A DNA stretch of 64,000 nt, taken from Squalus acanthias (Eukaryota). The stretch covers positions 45,632,001 to 45,696,000 of the forward strand of contig CM059439.1 in the NCBI GenBank assembly GCA_030390025.1, in the 5' to 3' direction. The notes below the pieces were generated by a model, which did not search any database, was not told where the DNA came from, and was given only the letters and a program-made list of their open reading frames with translations. The position numbers and the translations under genes were made by a program. Shown in pieces: positions 26,801 through 39,220 of the stretch; the first letter of the stretch is position 1; each line of letters begins with the position of its first letter.

Positions 26801-29800
26801 TTTTCACTGTGGTGTGTAAATTGTAATTCGGCACCAGTTGTCGACAAAACTACCGGGATTATTATAATTTAACAATACAATAACACCAAGAAGAGGTTTC
26901 TTTTTAAATCTGGCTGCAAAATAGGAAAACAAATCTGTTAAGAAAGGAGAACGAGACCAAACTTTTCTTTGACTTTTAAGTTCAAGTCGCAGTTTTTAAA
27001 GTTGCGTTCTGTGGAAAGAGTCCACAGCTCGCTTTGCTGCCATGCAATGATTATCGATCGTATATTTAAGACGATGAATTTAGGATTAGACACTCCAATA
27101 TTTCGCTTGTTATCGAGTGTAAAGTGTTGCAAATTCATTGGAACTTCCTCACTTTTACGTACTTTTTTTTTACCATTGTGCAACAATTGCTGCATGTTTA
27201 TATATGTTTTCTGTAGTGTTGCTCGGGCAGATTCACAAGTTTAAACTACCCATTTCACTTCAAATATTAAATATTCTAACTCTTTTGAACAAACCAATAT
27301 CGCAACACAGAAAAGGTTTAATCTCCCTTTGGTTGTGATAACTGCGTAAAATATATCCTGCCGTTACTTTGTCACACGTACAAAATTAAACCAAGTGAGG
27401 TTAGATTTCAAAAGAATATTTAAATTGTATTCATCTTTGAGCTCAGGGTTTAGTTACTACGCTCCAGCGCCTGCATCGTTATATATTCTTAAAATAAATG
27501 ATTTACGACAACAGATTTCTGTAAATGTTTCCATTTCTTATTTAATTTTACCCTTTTCTTTGAAGAATCGACTCCACTTTCTAGCTTAGTAATTATAAAT
27601 TGATATTTAAACAATTTAGTTCTTTCAAGGTGCTGGCAACTTGCGAAATTATTTTGTGTAAATAAAAAGTTAACCATTTCTGTGCACGTAAAGTTCCACA
27701 ATGGAGTGCGATATCAGGCATGCTGTGAAGAAGCAACATATTTTATATTTTCTTCTCCATAGATTAGAAAATCGACACCAACTTGATATGGAAATCCTGG
27801 ACTAAATGGAGATCAAATATATCTAACACCGATTACTTGCAGCATTCCGACTGTCTGCTGAAATACGAACCTATGACTTCCGTTTTGTTTTTAAACAAGA
27901 CAATGATCTTAAATAACCTAAAACGTGTCTTTGTTAATTATATATCAAGCTCAAAAAATCAATCATAAATTAATTCTCAAATTATACGTCAAATAATAAT
28001 ATTGGATCTCACTAATTACTCGTGGCTAACTTTAGCATACATGATATTACAGACAATTCTAAACAACTAGCTCCCAAAAAGAAAATATCTTCGTCTATTT
28101 CAGGACATTTCAACACATGTAAACTTAACTAGTGATTCCTATGCCAATATGATCGGTTTGTCAAGGAGTCAAATCCCGCAATTAAATGTAAATTACATTT
28201 CAAAGAAAAAGCACCAGGTTTAAATTGAAACATTATATTCAACAGTTTCAACACAGGAAAAATGATAGATTGGGAAAATATTAAAAGTGAATTGTTACCC
28301 TTTATTACTTATAATTCGGAAATTAATATTTTAACAATATATAACAATCCATAAAATAAGTTAAATTGTGCGATCCTTTTTGTTAAATATTAATGATATG
28401 AAATATAATTTACATGCAAACGATAAGGTATGTCCATTTTGTTTATAGATTACGGGGAAGGAAAGTTTGAAGACTCTATATCTAGATCTGGATTAATTAT
28501 GTGCAGGATTACGTTCAGAAATTTAAAAAAACCTTTTATATTAAATCTGTAATGTGCATATGCCATGACTTGTTTATTTGGAAGATTGAAGAATTGTAAT
28601 CACTGCTCACCAGTGGCAAATATATGATTACAGGGTAAACAGACGATGGACATACTTGCATATGTTTAATAATAAATAATACTCGGGGCTGGCATTATTA
28701 AACTTTCACCAATGATACGACCCTTTCATTTCACCAGTGGCTACAAAACTAAAAGCACACATTTAAAACTCTCGGTGCAATTCGTGACTTCGTGTGCTGT
28801 ATGGAAATCCTCTATTTATTTCTACGACAATTTACCGCATTTAGTCTGTGTTACATTTTTGAAAGACTTCATACGAACTAAGTAATTTCTAGTTCTGTTT
28901 TTTTCTTTTCAGAACAATTTCATGCTTAAAAATATCAATTTCAAAAGTGGGCTACGAAGCAACGATTGAAAACTAATCTCCCAATTCAATATATGACCAC
29001 ATTTTATTTACTCTTTTTTGCGTGTGTAACAAATCAGGCAAAGCACTACATGCCAACAGGTAATATAAAAGCAGAGCAATATTGACAATTAGGATATTTG
29101 TTCATATGTGAGGTAGTATCGACATTAATCACAAAGTCCGAATAATATGCTGAACGAACGAATTTTAAATCAGTAAATAGCATCCCAAAAGGATTATGAG
29201 GATTAACATATTGTTCCAAAATTAGATGAGCAACTGAAGAATACTATCTACTACATGAATACTTTGAAACTAGGGTCATTATGGGAAACTGGGAGACAAT
29301 GAACAATTGAGAAACTACTTTAAAAAGTGGAATATCAAAACAAGTTGAAGGTGTAAACACCTTTAAGCTTTTAATTATAAAACGTTTCCAATTATACTTC
29401 AGAAATATGCAAAAACATAAAAATATAAATGTCTATTTTGGTTCATTCAGAAACATATTTTAAAGTAATCAGTTCATATCATAACTGTAAGGAACTTGGG
29501 GGATAAATAGAACCAATTGGAGTTTTAGGACAACACTCAACTTTGGCGCTTTTGAGAAAACTCGGAGTTCAATGTATACATCCACACACATCACTTTGGC
29601 AGTTTTATAATGATAGATCTAAAAGGTGCACAAAAAGGCATTCAAATTATTACGATGCTCAAAGGTGCTTGCTTTGCAAAAATACTACAAGTAATCTTTG
29701 TTAGGTAATCTAAAGTATGCAGCCTCGCACTACATTCAAATAGTTACTTAAAGTAACGTTATGAACATCCGGGTTAACTAAGAAATCAACAGCTGAATTG

Positions 29801-32309
29801 CAATTTTCGATATTTATTTTCCTCATATTTTTGTAACAATAGCAGAATTAAAATTAAATCCAGTTAGACTACACATTTTAATTCACCTAGTTAGAGGGAT
29901 GCAAGGATTCTCCAGGCAATATTTTGGTCTGCAGTAGTATTGGCATTGCATTTTTTATAACTAGCATTATTATTAATGAATTATTAATTGTCCATTTTGG
30001 CGGTGATTCCTTTTTTTATTTTTCTTCATTTTCCTTAGAACGTAGATAACATATGTTAAAAAACAAGAATATCAAAGCGACTGTATTTATCTGAGTTTAT
30101 ATTTAAGTTGAGCGACAGATTCCATGCTTCCAAGTTAGGTTCCATTATTAAATTCCTTCGTCATTTTTGTTAATATTTTCCTCATTTGAATGCGACTGTT
30201 ATGCGCTTGGAGGTGAAAAGTTGCCAAACTGTAGATTAGTCCGTGATTACCATTACATTGATCATTTTGTTGCCATTATTCTCTCTTTTCTCCTGTCTAC
30301 ACTGCTAACATTGGAAATGAATACCCATGTACCTCTACCTGCCTATACTATAATCAGGTTTAAAGTAATTCTTGCATTGTGGGAAGAAGGTTCTTTTTTT
30401 TGCTTTATTTTATTCATGAAACGAAATGGAAACCGATACAGTTAGACAGCTTGAATAATCAGCAGCTAAGGTGATATAGCAAACAAATATGAACGTTTAT
30501 GGTGCACAGGATTTAATGCATTTGTAGCAGTTAAATACAGAATGGGACGATAGAAGAACATTTCAGGCAAATTAACAGGAACTTGTTACGGACTGTATTC
30601 CCCTTTTCTAGAAATAGTCAGGTAATAGGTAAATTACATCGATTATTTTGAACATCACTAAATGTAAATATGGTTTTGCAGAAGGAGTGCAAAGCCATGC
30701 ATTATTCGTTAACATTACTATAGTGGATACGTTTCCATAATAATCATATCTTGTTAAATGTTTTCATTGAAGAAATTCCGATTACTGTTACAGTTAGCCC
30801 CACAATTGAATACCGTGGAATCAAATAATAGTTTCTGACTAACTACTGTTCATTTTTCATCGGTCGGTAGAAATAAACGTTTGCGCATACTTATATGCAA
30901 AAAAAAAGGATAGAAAGAAAGAAGGCTAACACGCAGAACAATGCACAGGTAACAACAAAAGACATTCAGTTAAAACCCTGAAACACCAACATCCAAGTTT
31001 GATTTGAGCCTTTTTAGGCTGTAATGCTAATATATAACTTGTAATTTTAAAAAGTAGTTTCTTATCTAAATATTGCATAATATAGTTTGTAAATTATTTT
31101 TCTCAACTATCTCGTTTATTTTTTAATATACCGTATAGTGTTCTACAATTTTATAATAGTCTACAAGGAATATTATTTATAGCTCTTAATATTTAACCAT
31201 ATTGTAAATGAAATGTAGCATCTGGTTGCTTTGGGAGAAATAAGGGAGCACCAAATACAGTACATGTTGCAGGCCATCATAACTGCAAGGTAAATGTTTT
31301 GCAACACTTGCATTTTAGAAAATACCAAAATAAAAGCAAATTGTGTCATATCAAATATTGTAACTAAGATTGTAATCACTGAATACTAAGCTACAAAGCT
31401 TGGCAATACTTTATATACAGTGAGATGTATGCTAACTTGAAGATTAAGTATAACTTTAAAATTATTTAATAACATTCTAATACATAATATTATTTACTTA
31501 AATATCTTTGGCCACATTGATCAAACTACAATACAGCTAGATCGATTTAATGGAAATTATGTTCAACAACCTTCAAAATGAAACTTAATTAACTGGAAAA
31601 ACATAAAGACAAATTGTGATATTATTTGCTTTAAAGCTGTGATAAATTCGAAGTGTCTCCCGTTTTTGTACGATCACAATTACATTGTTGTTGCAGTTGG
31701 GTTCATCTTTGGATGTTGTTTCTCAATATTTACTTAAAAAAAACTAATAGACACATGTGCAAGTGATCTCTAGTGCGGAGGTGTTTCAGAACACTGCGCA
31801 CAAGGCGCTTTTACTAGAACTTATTTGTGTAATATGCAGTTGGTGCCATTTGTTGAGTTGCTATTAATGGTCTGATTTAATCAGCTTTTGTATGAGATTT
31901 AAATGTCACTCTTCACACTTCCGCCAGTAAAAATACCCACATTAAAAATCTAAATTAAAAACTGTGCATGCTGTCTCCACAAAACTTCAAATGCAAGCCT
32001 GCACCGTGCAATTTAAATGTGCGTAATAACGTCAGCATTAATGATTAATATGTTGGCAACTCACCTTTAATATCTCAGCTTTTCTAATAAATTAACTCTA
32101 TCAACACGGTATAACTTTTGACAGATTTCTCCACATCTGAGATTATATTACGTAATTAAATTCAGCCTGAATAGCGTAACATTTCTGTAATCGATTTAAA
32201 GGTAAATTACAAGAAAACATAAAAATAAAAATTAGATTGCACCAGAAATATAGCCGGAAGTTAAAAAAAATACTCCAAGTGACAATGACCCCTTTTTAAT
32301 TGGGCAGAG

Positions 32310-32615
32310 AAATAGTATATGGTAAAATATCTTGAGTAAGAGGTAAAAACAAGTATTATGGTGAATTATCTGGATCTTTGTATGACAAGTTGTCTGAATT
32401 AACGGATACACGTGGTATATTTTAAATAGAGGGTATGGACAAAATATATAGTAAATTATCTAAATTACTGGTACATACAGGGCATATCCTAAAATACCTT
32501 AGCTAGTAGATACACATGTGGCATATGGTAAAACATCAACCAGTGGGTACACAGATGGTACATTGTAAATCTTTGAAATTATGGATATGGGCTGATATAT
32601 AGTAAAACAACTTTA
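32310..32615. repeat. Decayed minisatellite, unit about 38 bp
   Basis: An ATAT(A/G)GTAAA-like motif recurs at 32317, 32356, 32446, 32484, 32523, 32560 and 32597, mostly 37-39 bp apart. Confidence 0.55.
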
Positions 32616-33139
32616 TATCGCGTCGACATAGCGCACATTTTTTTTAGGAATCCTTGCCCAGTTTATTTTGCTGCAGAGAAGCAATGGTTTCATTCATTTA
32701 TATTTGAATAACGGAGCTCTTACTTCATATATTTTTTTAGTAATTTATGAAATGGTATTTATTCTGTTTCTTGTAAGTTTTTGACAGTAAAATGCTCTGT
32801 TAAGTTTTGGGGGTGGATTGATCGGTGATCGTCCGTCATGTTGGACATTAAGTTGTTTAATAACAGAAATTACGTTTGCTTTTCTTCACTGTTTTAATTG
32901 TTGCATTTCCGATCTCCGGAGGTTATTCTGTAGGTAAAAATACGCGTGTCTATGAGATTTTGCTGATTTAACTTCAGATAGTGGAAGTGAATGGGATCGG
33001 TAAAATTATTCAAAGACTCTTTGCTAACACGAGAGCCAGAGCGCCACTAAGAGGCAGAGACAAATTCGCAGTACCGCAGGATTTTGGTACTTTATTTGTG
33101 CCTGCAAGCGCGTGGTGGGAGTAGGATGGAGAGCAAGAG

Positions 33140-33740
33140 CATACTTATGTTTGTGAGAGTGAGTGTGTGTGGGTGGGATGAATGTGCGCTTATGTGCGAG
33201 AGGCTGTGTGTGTATGTGCGTGAATGCGAGAATGTGTGTGTGAGCGGAGCGAAGACATGTTTGCATCTGTGTGTTTGAGAGTGTGTGGGGGAGAGGGAAT
33301 GTTTGTTGGGTGTGTGCGTATGAGAGAGAAATGTGTATGACAGAAAATCTTGTGAATGTTAGCTTGAATGTGCAATGAGGTACGCGCGCGCCCTCGTGTC
33401 CACGAGTGAATGCATTTTTAGGAATATATGTGACTGTGAGTTAGTGAAAGAATTTCCATGAGTTTGAGAATGTCTATAAATGAAGGTGACTATCAAAGTG
33501 CATATCAATGAGAGCTACTGAGTGAAGAAGTAAAGAAAGACTTGCATTTCTATAGCGCCTTTCACGACCACCGGACGTTTCAAAGCGCTTTACAGCCAAT
33601 GAAATACTTTTGAAGTGTAGTCACTGTTGTAATGTAGTAGGAAAGTGTGTATTTGTAGTGTGAAAGTGTGTAAATGAGTGAGTGGATGTCAGTCTGTATG
33701 AATGAGTGTCTGAGTGAGTGTGGGAACTTATGTCGGTGTG
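33140..33740. repeat. Degenerate (TG)n/(GAGT)n low-complexity tract
   Basis: Repeated gtgtgt/gagtgt runs, interrupted by a SINE tail. Confidence 0.7.
33531..33644 (-). mobile_element. SINE 3' tail fragment (DeuSINE/SacSINE1-like, L2-type tail)
   Basis: aaagaaagacttgcatttctatagcgcctttcacgacc...aaagcgctttacagccaatgaaatacttttgaagtgtagtcactgttgtaatgtag; near-identical copies occur elsewhere in the window. Confidence 0.8.
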
Positions 33741-34734
33741 TGATATTTTGGGTATCTGTCAGGCTGCAGTTATACTGCAACTTCCGGCTTCAGCAGTGTC
33801 TGCGGGCGGTGAGGCGTGCGCTTGAATGCAGAGCCCCAGTCCCCTCGACGCTATTTTTAATGTTAGGAGAGCAGGGGCGGGAGCGTCACTTTCTTACATT
33901 AAAATAATCTATAAAAGTTTTGAAAGTTTCCAGAAGGTCTGATGTCGCTTGGCTAGTGGTGTGCTCTGGAGTCAGATCCTGATCTGAGTGCTGAGTTACT
34001 CTGCCTTCTCTATCAATGCACACCTTGACAGAAACATGGGAGAGTGGTGTGCGTGTGATAGTGGGTGTAAGTGTCTATTGTGAGTGCACATGCATTTGCC
34101 GAAGGATGCAGTTAATTGTGGGGCAAGGCGAAACTACTCTCGATATGTATCCATATCATTTGGGATTCAGCACCTGATCTAACTCCAGAGTGCAGTGAAA
34201 TCAAGCTGTCTGAGAGTCCCTCCGGGAAGTCCTCTTACACCAGTTAGTTCGCACTGGGGACAGTATAATCCCAACCCAAATGCAAAGTCTTGTTTTAAAA
34301 ATGTCCATTCAGTCATCCGGCATTTTATAAACTTACTTTCATTTTTTTTAAGTTATGAGAAATTGTAAATTCCTGCCCGCTCTTTCCTGACATTAAAATG
34401 AGCGGAATGCGCAGAGTTCCTTTGTTGTAGGCTGAACGAGTCATAGTTGTCAGTATAACTAAAGTCTGATGACATCTCAGCACACTGGACAGATACGGGT
34501 GTGACACCTGTTAGCTATAATATAACTACAGCTGCATAAGTATTTATGAGTGTGTGTGTGACTAAGTATGTATGGATCTGTTAGTATGTGTGAGTCAACG
34601 TTGGAGTTTGCCTTCCATTCACTTTATTATATAATACTTCGTTACTGTTAGCATGATTGTATTAATAATAGAGAATGATTATGATGGTAGGGGGCACTTT
34701 AACACAATACTTTGGCGGTGGGGTAAGATCTGGA

Positions 34735-34852
34735 TCCTACATGACAACAGTGACTACACTTCAAAAGTACTTCATTGGCTGTAAAGCGCTTTGAAACGTC
34801 ATCAGGTTGTTGTAGGCGCTATATAAATGCAATCTTTTCTTTCTTTTTCTTC
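34735..34852 (+). mobile_element. SINE 3' tail fragment (same family)
   Basis: cctacatgacaacagtgactacacttcaaaagtacttcattggctgtaaagcgctttg...ggcgctatataaatgcaatcttttcttt. Confidence 0.8.
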
Positions 34853-36994
34853 TGTTGATAAGGTAAACTTTAGCTCAGTTGAATTTTGCCGGACAGTGAT
34901 AACAACGAACTGCACAGATAGACGACATGCAGCCCTGGGATGATTACATTGGAGCATACAGACCGAGTGTGGTCTCACTTTCCAGAAACGATGGCATTGC
35001 CTGCCTGCATTTTGGTGAACCGAAAGTTACATGGCACACTACCAAAGGTTGCCATGGCATTCCTCGGCAACTTCCCTCAGGGTACATATTTGTTTGAAGC
35101 GAAGCCCTCTCGATTTTTAAATTGACGTCAGTATGTGAGGATCTGAACCCCCCACCCAAAACACTTTCAATTATATAGGTGTTCACAGCAATGCTGTTTA
35201 CGTTACACGTAGGAATATCGGGCCTACTTTGATGGACCAATAAGAGTGACACTAAGTTGCCCCAGTGCAACCTACCAAGAACCAGCACAAAAAGTGCCCT
35301 TATAAGGGTAGCACTAATATAATCAATAGACATATGATCCAATCAAACTAAAATTTGCCAAAATAAGCAACAAAGTCCCAACAAAACCAAAAGGAACTGC
35401 GCCAACTAAATCATAATTAGCAGTGTCTCTATACCCTGTAGTGCCACCGGTCACCTCAGGCTCAAGCGTTCTAGGAATCTCGGGGTCGCAATGGTCACGG
35501 AATCATCCCATTTTCCGGTGTCCCGAACTGAGTGAATTCACGAATTTTGCAATTCCTGGAGTGAAATGGCGAACTTGTGGCGTTCAGCGATCGTACGGTC
35601 TCGTTTATTGTTTTAGTAAAATAATGTTTTGATAACACAATTGAGTTGGCAGAAGCCGGTGACACTGTGCTAACACAATTAATTCTGGGCAATCAAGAAC
35701 GTTAAATAAAAATTCGATACAACAACATTTATCTAAGTAAACATAGAGCACACACCCAAAATTTATATAAATAAGCCTAGAACTTGGCCGAAAAATTAGC
35801 TTAATAAATAAACAGCAAGTACTCCAAAGCAGGAAACTAGAATTTAAGCAGTATATATTAAATCGGCATTACCCAGAGAAAACCTATCATAAATTAGATT
35901 TAGATGATTGCGGTTCTATCGTGTAATGTCCTATAGCGACATCTAATCATGTTTATTTAAATCATACCATGTCCAAGTCAATGATTACAGCTCTAAGTAA
36001 ATAGTTTTTTCAACAATTAAATGCGTATTTTGTAATTGTCTAGCCCAGGCGACAGTAAGCTGTTGCGCTACACTTTGTATCTGAGTTTTGGTTCATTTTC
36101 CTCCTTCCCCGACACACTATTCTCTCACTCTTTCCAAAACGACACCAACTCTTTGGTAATGAAAGGAAAGAAAACGAATAATTATAGAAGCGTTTAATGT
36201 GCCCACTTGTTGCTCATTACAATAGAGAGGAGCAACGCTAACTTATTTATACCCTCACTTGGAACAAATTTGAAGCCTCCACATTTTCAAGCAAGTAAAT
36301 ACACAACATTCGTGTAATTACACAAAATATAAAAAACAGGTTTTCTAATATGTTGCATCAAGTGGTCCCATCAATATTGTTAGATGAGGCAGCAATAACG
36401 GGAAATGAGAGAAAGGAAACTAAGTTTTGCAGTCTGTCCTTGTGCTCTTAAAAGTATAATGAAATCCCTGGTGCACCATAGCTCCGCGTTTTATACTAAC
36501 GCTGTTACAAGGCTGCTTATCGCTATTTATAGATAATGCATCAATTCTAATTTGTTTTTCTCTGAATTAAACTGTCCTTTACAATATTACCACCTGGAAT
36601 ATTGCTAGATACGGAAAAGATGCATGGCGCAAGCTACGTGCATCCTTTATATTATATTCGCGCACCAGAAAAAAACACAAAACTGAAGACATATTATTAA
36701 TAGATTATACTAATTAGCTGGCGTCTTCCTTTCTTTTCTTGAACAATTTGAAACTTTTCATAAACCGATTGTCACAATCCCACCTATTTGTCAATTTCAA
36801 GCCAAATAATAACTTTCAGCATGAATATTTCTTTTAATGTTGTGGTTGATGACATAATAACTGTTAAAGATTAAACTAGAAATTCCTTATTATTAGTGAC
36901 GAATAATTAAAAGGAAGAGCGATGGAGCATATTTCAAATGCGTTTGAAGACAGAACAAGCTAAGTATGTAAGATTGCTGTGTATTTTAAGGCAG

Positions 36995-37008
36995 TCAGTA
37001 GGGGGCGC
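36995..37008 (+). promoter_or_regulatory. CTCF-binding motif
   Basis: TCAGTAGGGGGCGC matches the core consensus CCASYAGRKGGCRS at 13 of 14 positions. Confidence 0.6.
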
Positions 37009-37695
37009 TCTCTTAACACTGCTGTGAACTATCTCCGCTACAGTGAACAGCCATCTGGAAAACAGATAGGCTCATGGGACATATGGTTTGGGATAAATGC
37101 AACCAACAAAAAGGAAATATATCCTGGCCTTTATGACAGATACGAAAAACTGACGTTCTGTTTAACTTATTTATCATCAGCTGTTTATCTTAAGTTGTTG
37201 ATTTTGCAAAAATATCTCTGGAAAGCAAATTGCAGAACTTTTTAGGCCAAATTAAGCAGTGCACTCTAGCAATCAAACAGAACTTTGTTTAGAGAAAATT
37301 ATTGATGGAAAAAAATTGTCCGGTAGCAGAGCAAGTGAGTCATTCACTTCACGCCTTTGTGGTTATGTAAAGCATGTGATACATAGACTAGCACAGACAC
37401 ATGACTTGCAATGGAGATACAAGGGATGGAAAACAAGGACAATGAATCCTTGGGTACAGAGAACACAGCAGTTTTTGGCCACGCAAGTCCTCAGGTATTG
37501 AAGGTGGCTTTGTAGGAAAAAAAAGGGAAAATAGAGACTGCGATGTATCGAAGCTTGATTAGTGCTAGTTTAATAGTGAGGCCTGTTGTCATGCTAATTA
37601 CTAGAAACCAATCTAATTTTTCAAAATATGCTTGTAATTTCTTTCCTTTTATTATCTCAAAAGTGATTTGCTCCAACTTTTTATGACAATCAATG

Positions 37696-37777
37696 TAGTT
37701 TCCTACATTACAACAGTGACTACATTTCAAAAGTACTTCATTGGTTATAAAGCGCTTTGGGACATCCTGAGGTCGTG
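37696..37777 (+). mobile_element. SINE 3' tail fragment (same family)
   Basis: tttcctacattacaacagtgactacatttcaaaagtacttcattggttataaagcgctttgggacatcctgaggtcgtg. Confidence 0.75.
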
Positions 37778-38119
37778 CATCGTCTGTTTGGTGCTTCCGC
37801 ACAGTTACACGGCAAAGGGATTGCTACCGCAAACCCACATGCTACCAATTGGTGGCACAGTATGTTGGCATGGTCCCATACCTCACCCATACCTCCCATC
37901 ATAGAGTCAGTCCACTAAGGATGAGGGGTGTGATATGTATATATTCATAACCTTGTATTTATTCAGAAGTTACTATGCTTCATAGTTGGTGTGTCTTAAA
38001 CTTGAGGATGTGTCATCATCTGTTGAGTTAAAATTCTACCCCCAAATCCTTACTGTAGCCCCATTGTGGATCCTGGAAAATGTGTTAAATGCCTCCCTCA
38101 GGAATGCATGATACCTAGC

Positions 38120-38364
38120 AACATCAATGGGAATTGGGGGGAAAACTCTCCATTGGCTGGAGTCATACCGAGCACAAAGGAAGATGATTGTGGTGATTGA
38201 AGGTCAATCATCACAGCCCCAGGACATCGCTGCAGGAGATCCTCAGGGTAGTGTCCTAGGCCCAACCATCTTCAGCTGCTTCATCAATGACCTTCCCTCC
38301 AACATAAGGTCAGAAATGGGGATGTTCATTGATGACTGCACAGTGTTCAGTGCCATTCACAAAT
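38120..38364 (+). mobile_element. CR1/Jockey-group LINE reverse transcriptase fragment, left half (host of the nest)
   Basis: GIGGKTLHWLESY...[18 protein letters not shown]...MFIDDCTVF contains the RT PQG and (F/Y)xDD motifs; coding resumes at about 44309. Confidence 0.85.
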
Positions 38365-38376
38365 CATAGAGTCATA

Positions 38377-39220
38377 GAGCTGGATTTTATCAATGGAGGC
38401 GAGCAGGAGGCGGGACTCCCACTTTTGGGGTTGTAGTCCCGCCTCCATTGAGTTGTGGCCAACCCACTCGATTTTCGCTTGATTGACCTTGTTGAGCCCG
38501 CCCAGTGGGCTCAGCAAGCCAATTAAGGGCCACCCGGCAACAGGTGACGTCACAGATTGACATTTCATCTGTCAAGAGCTTTTGACAGATGAAATATCAG
38601 CGTTTGACAGCTCCTTGAAGCTGTCAAACACTGACAATCTGTCCTCTAAGTTAATTCCTTCCTCTCAGGCTGATTTAGAGATCTCTGCAGAACAAAAAGC
38701 AGAGGCTGCAGCTTTTGATAGCTCAACGGCCATTCTGCTTTCTGTGCCGGTGAGATTTCTGACTCCCGAGACCTGAAGGGCTGACACCTGCAGGAGGAAG
38801 TTAAGGTAAGTAAAACTTTTTTCCACACTTTACACTTACCTTACACACTTACCTCTGCACACATGCACCCATCACTCACCTGCCCACCGGACATATCGAC
38901 CCCTCCAACCCCTGCAGACCCACGGTCCGCCTCGCTAAATCTGCATGGTTCGGACCTGTCGGGAAGCCCACACTTCAGGGCTAAAAATAGGGATTAGGCA
39001 AAAAACTGCCTGTTAACTACCTGTTAACAGGCAGTTTATTGGCACTAATCCCCTTCCCGCCTCGGGGAGGCGGGTCCCAGCACAGGTCAGGTACCCACCT
39101 CCTGTGAAACTGGCATGGAGGCGGGTTGGGGGCGGGATGGGTTTGGGACCCCCGAATCTGCTATTTTCCCGCCCCACACGCCTCCAAACCCACCTCCACG
39201 GGTCAATGAAAATTCTGCCC
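38377..39220. mobile_element. PIF/Harbinger-type MITE inserted in the CR1 3' tail
   Basis: TIRs GAGCTGGATTTTAT / (rc) GGGCAGAATTTTCAT and TSD ATA (38374-38376 and 39221-39223). It splits the CR1 tail tcatagagtcata|gagttatacagc. Confidence 0.8.

Noticed and set aside
33036-33057. Weaker CTCF-like motifs (also near 16283 and 37845)
   Set aside because: Two or more mismatches in the core; expected by chance.
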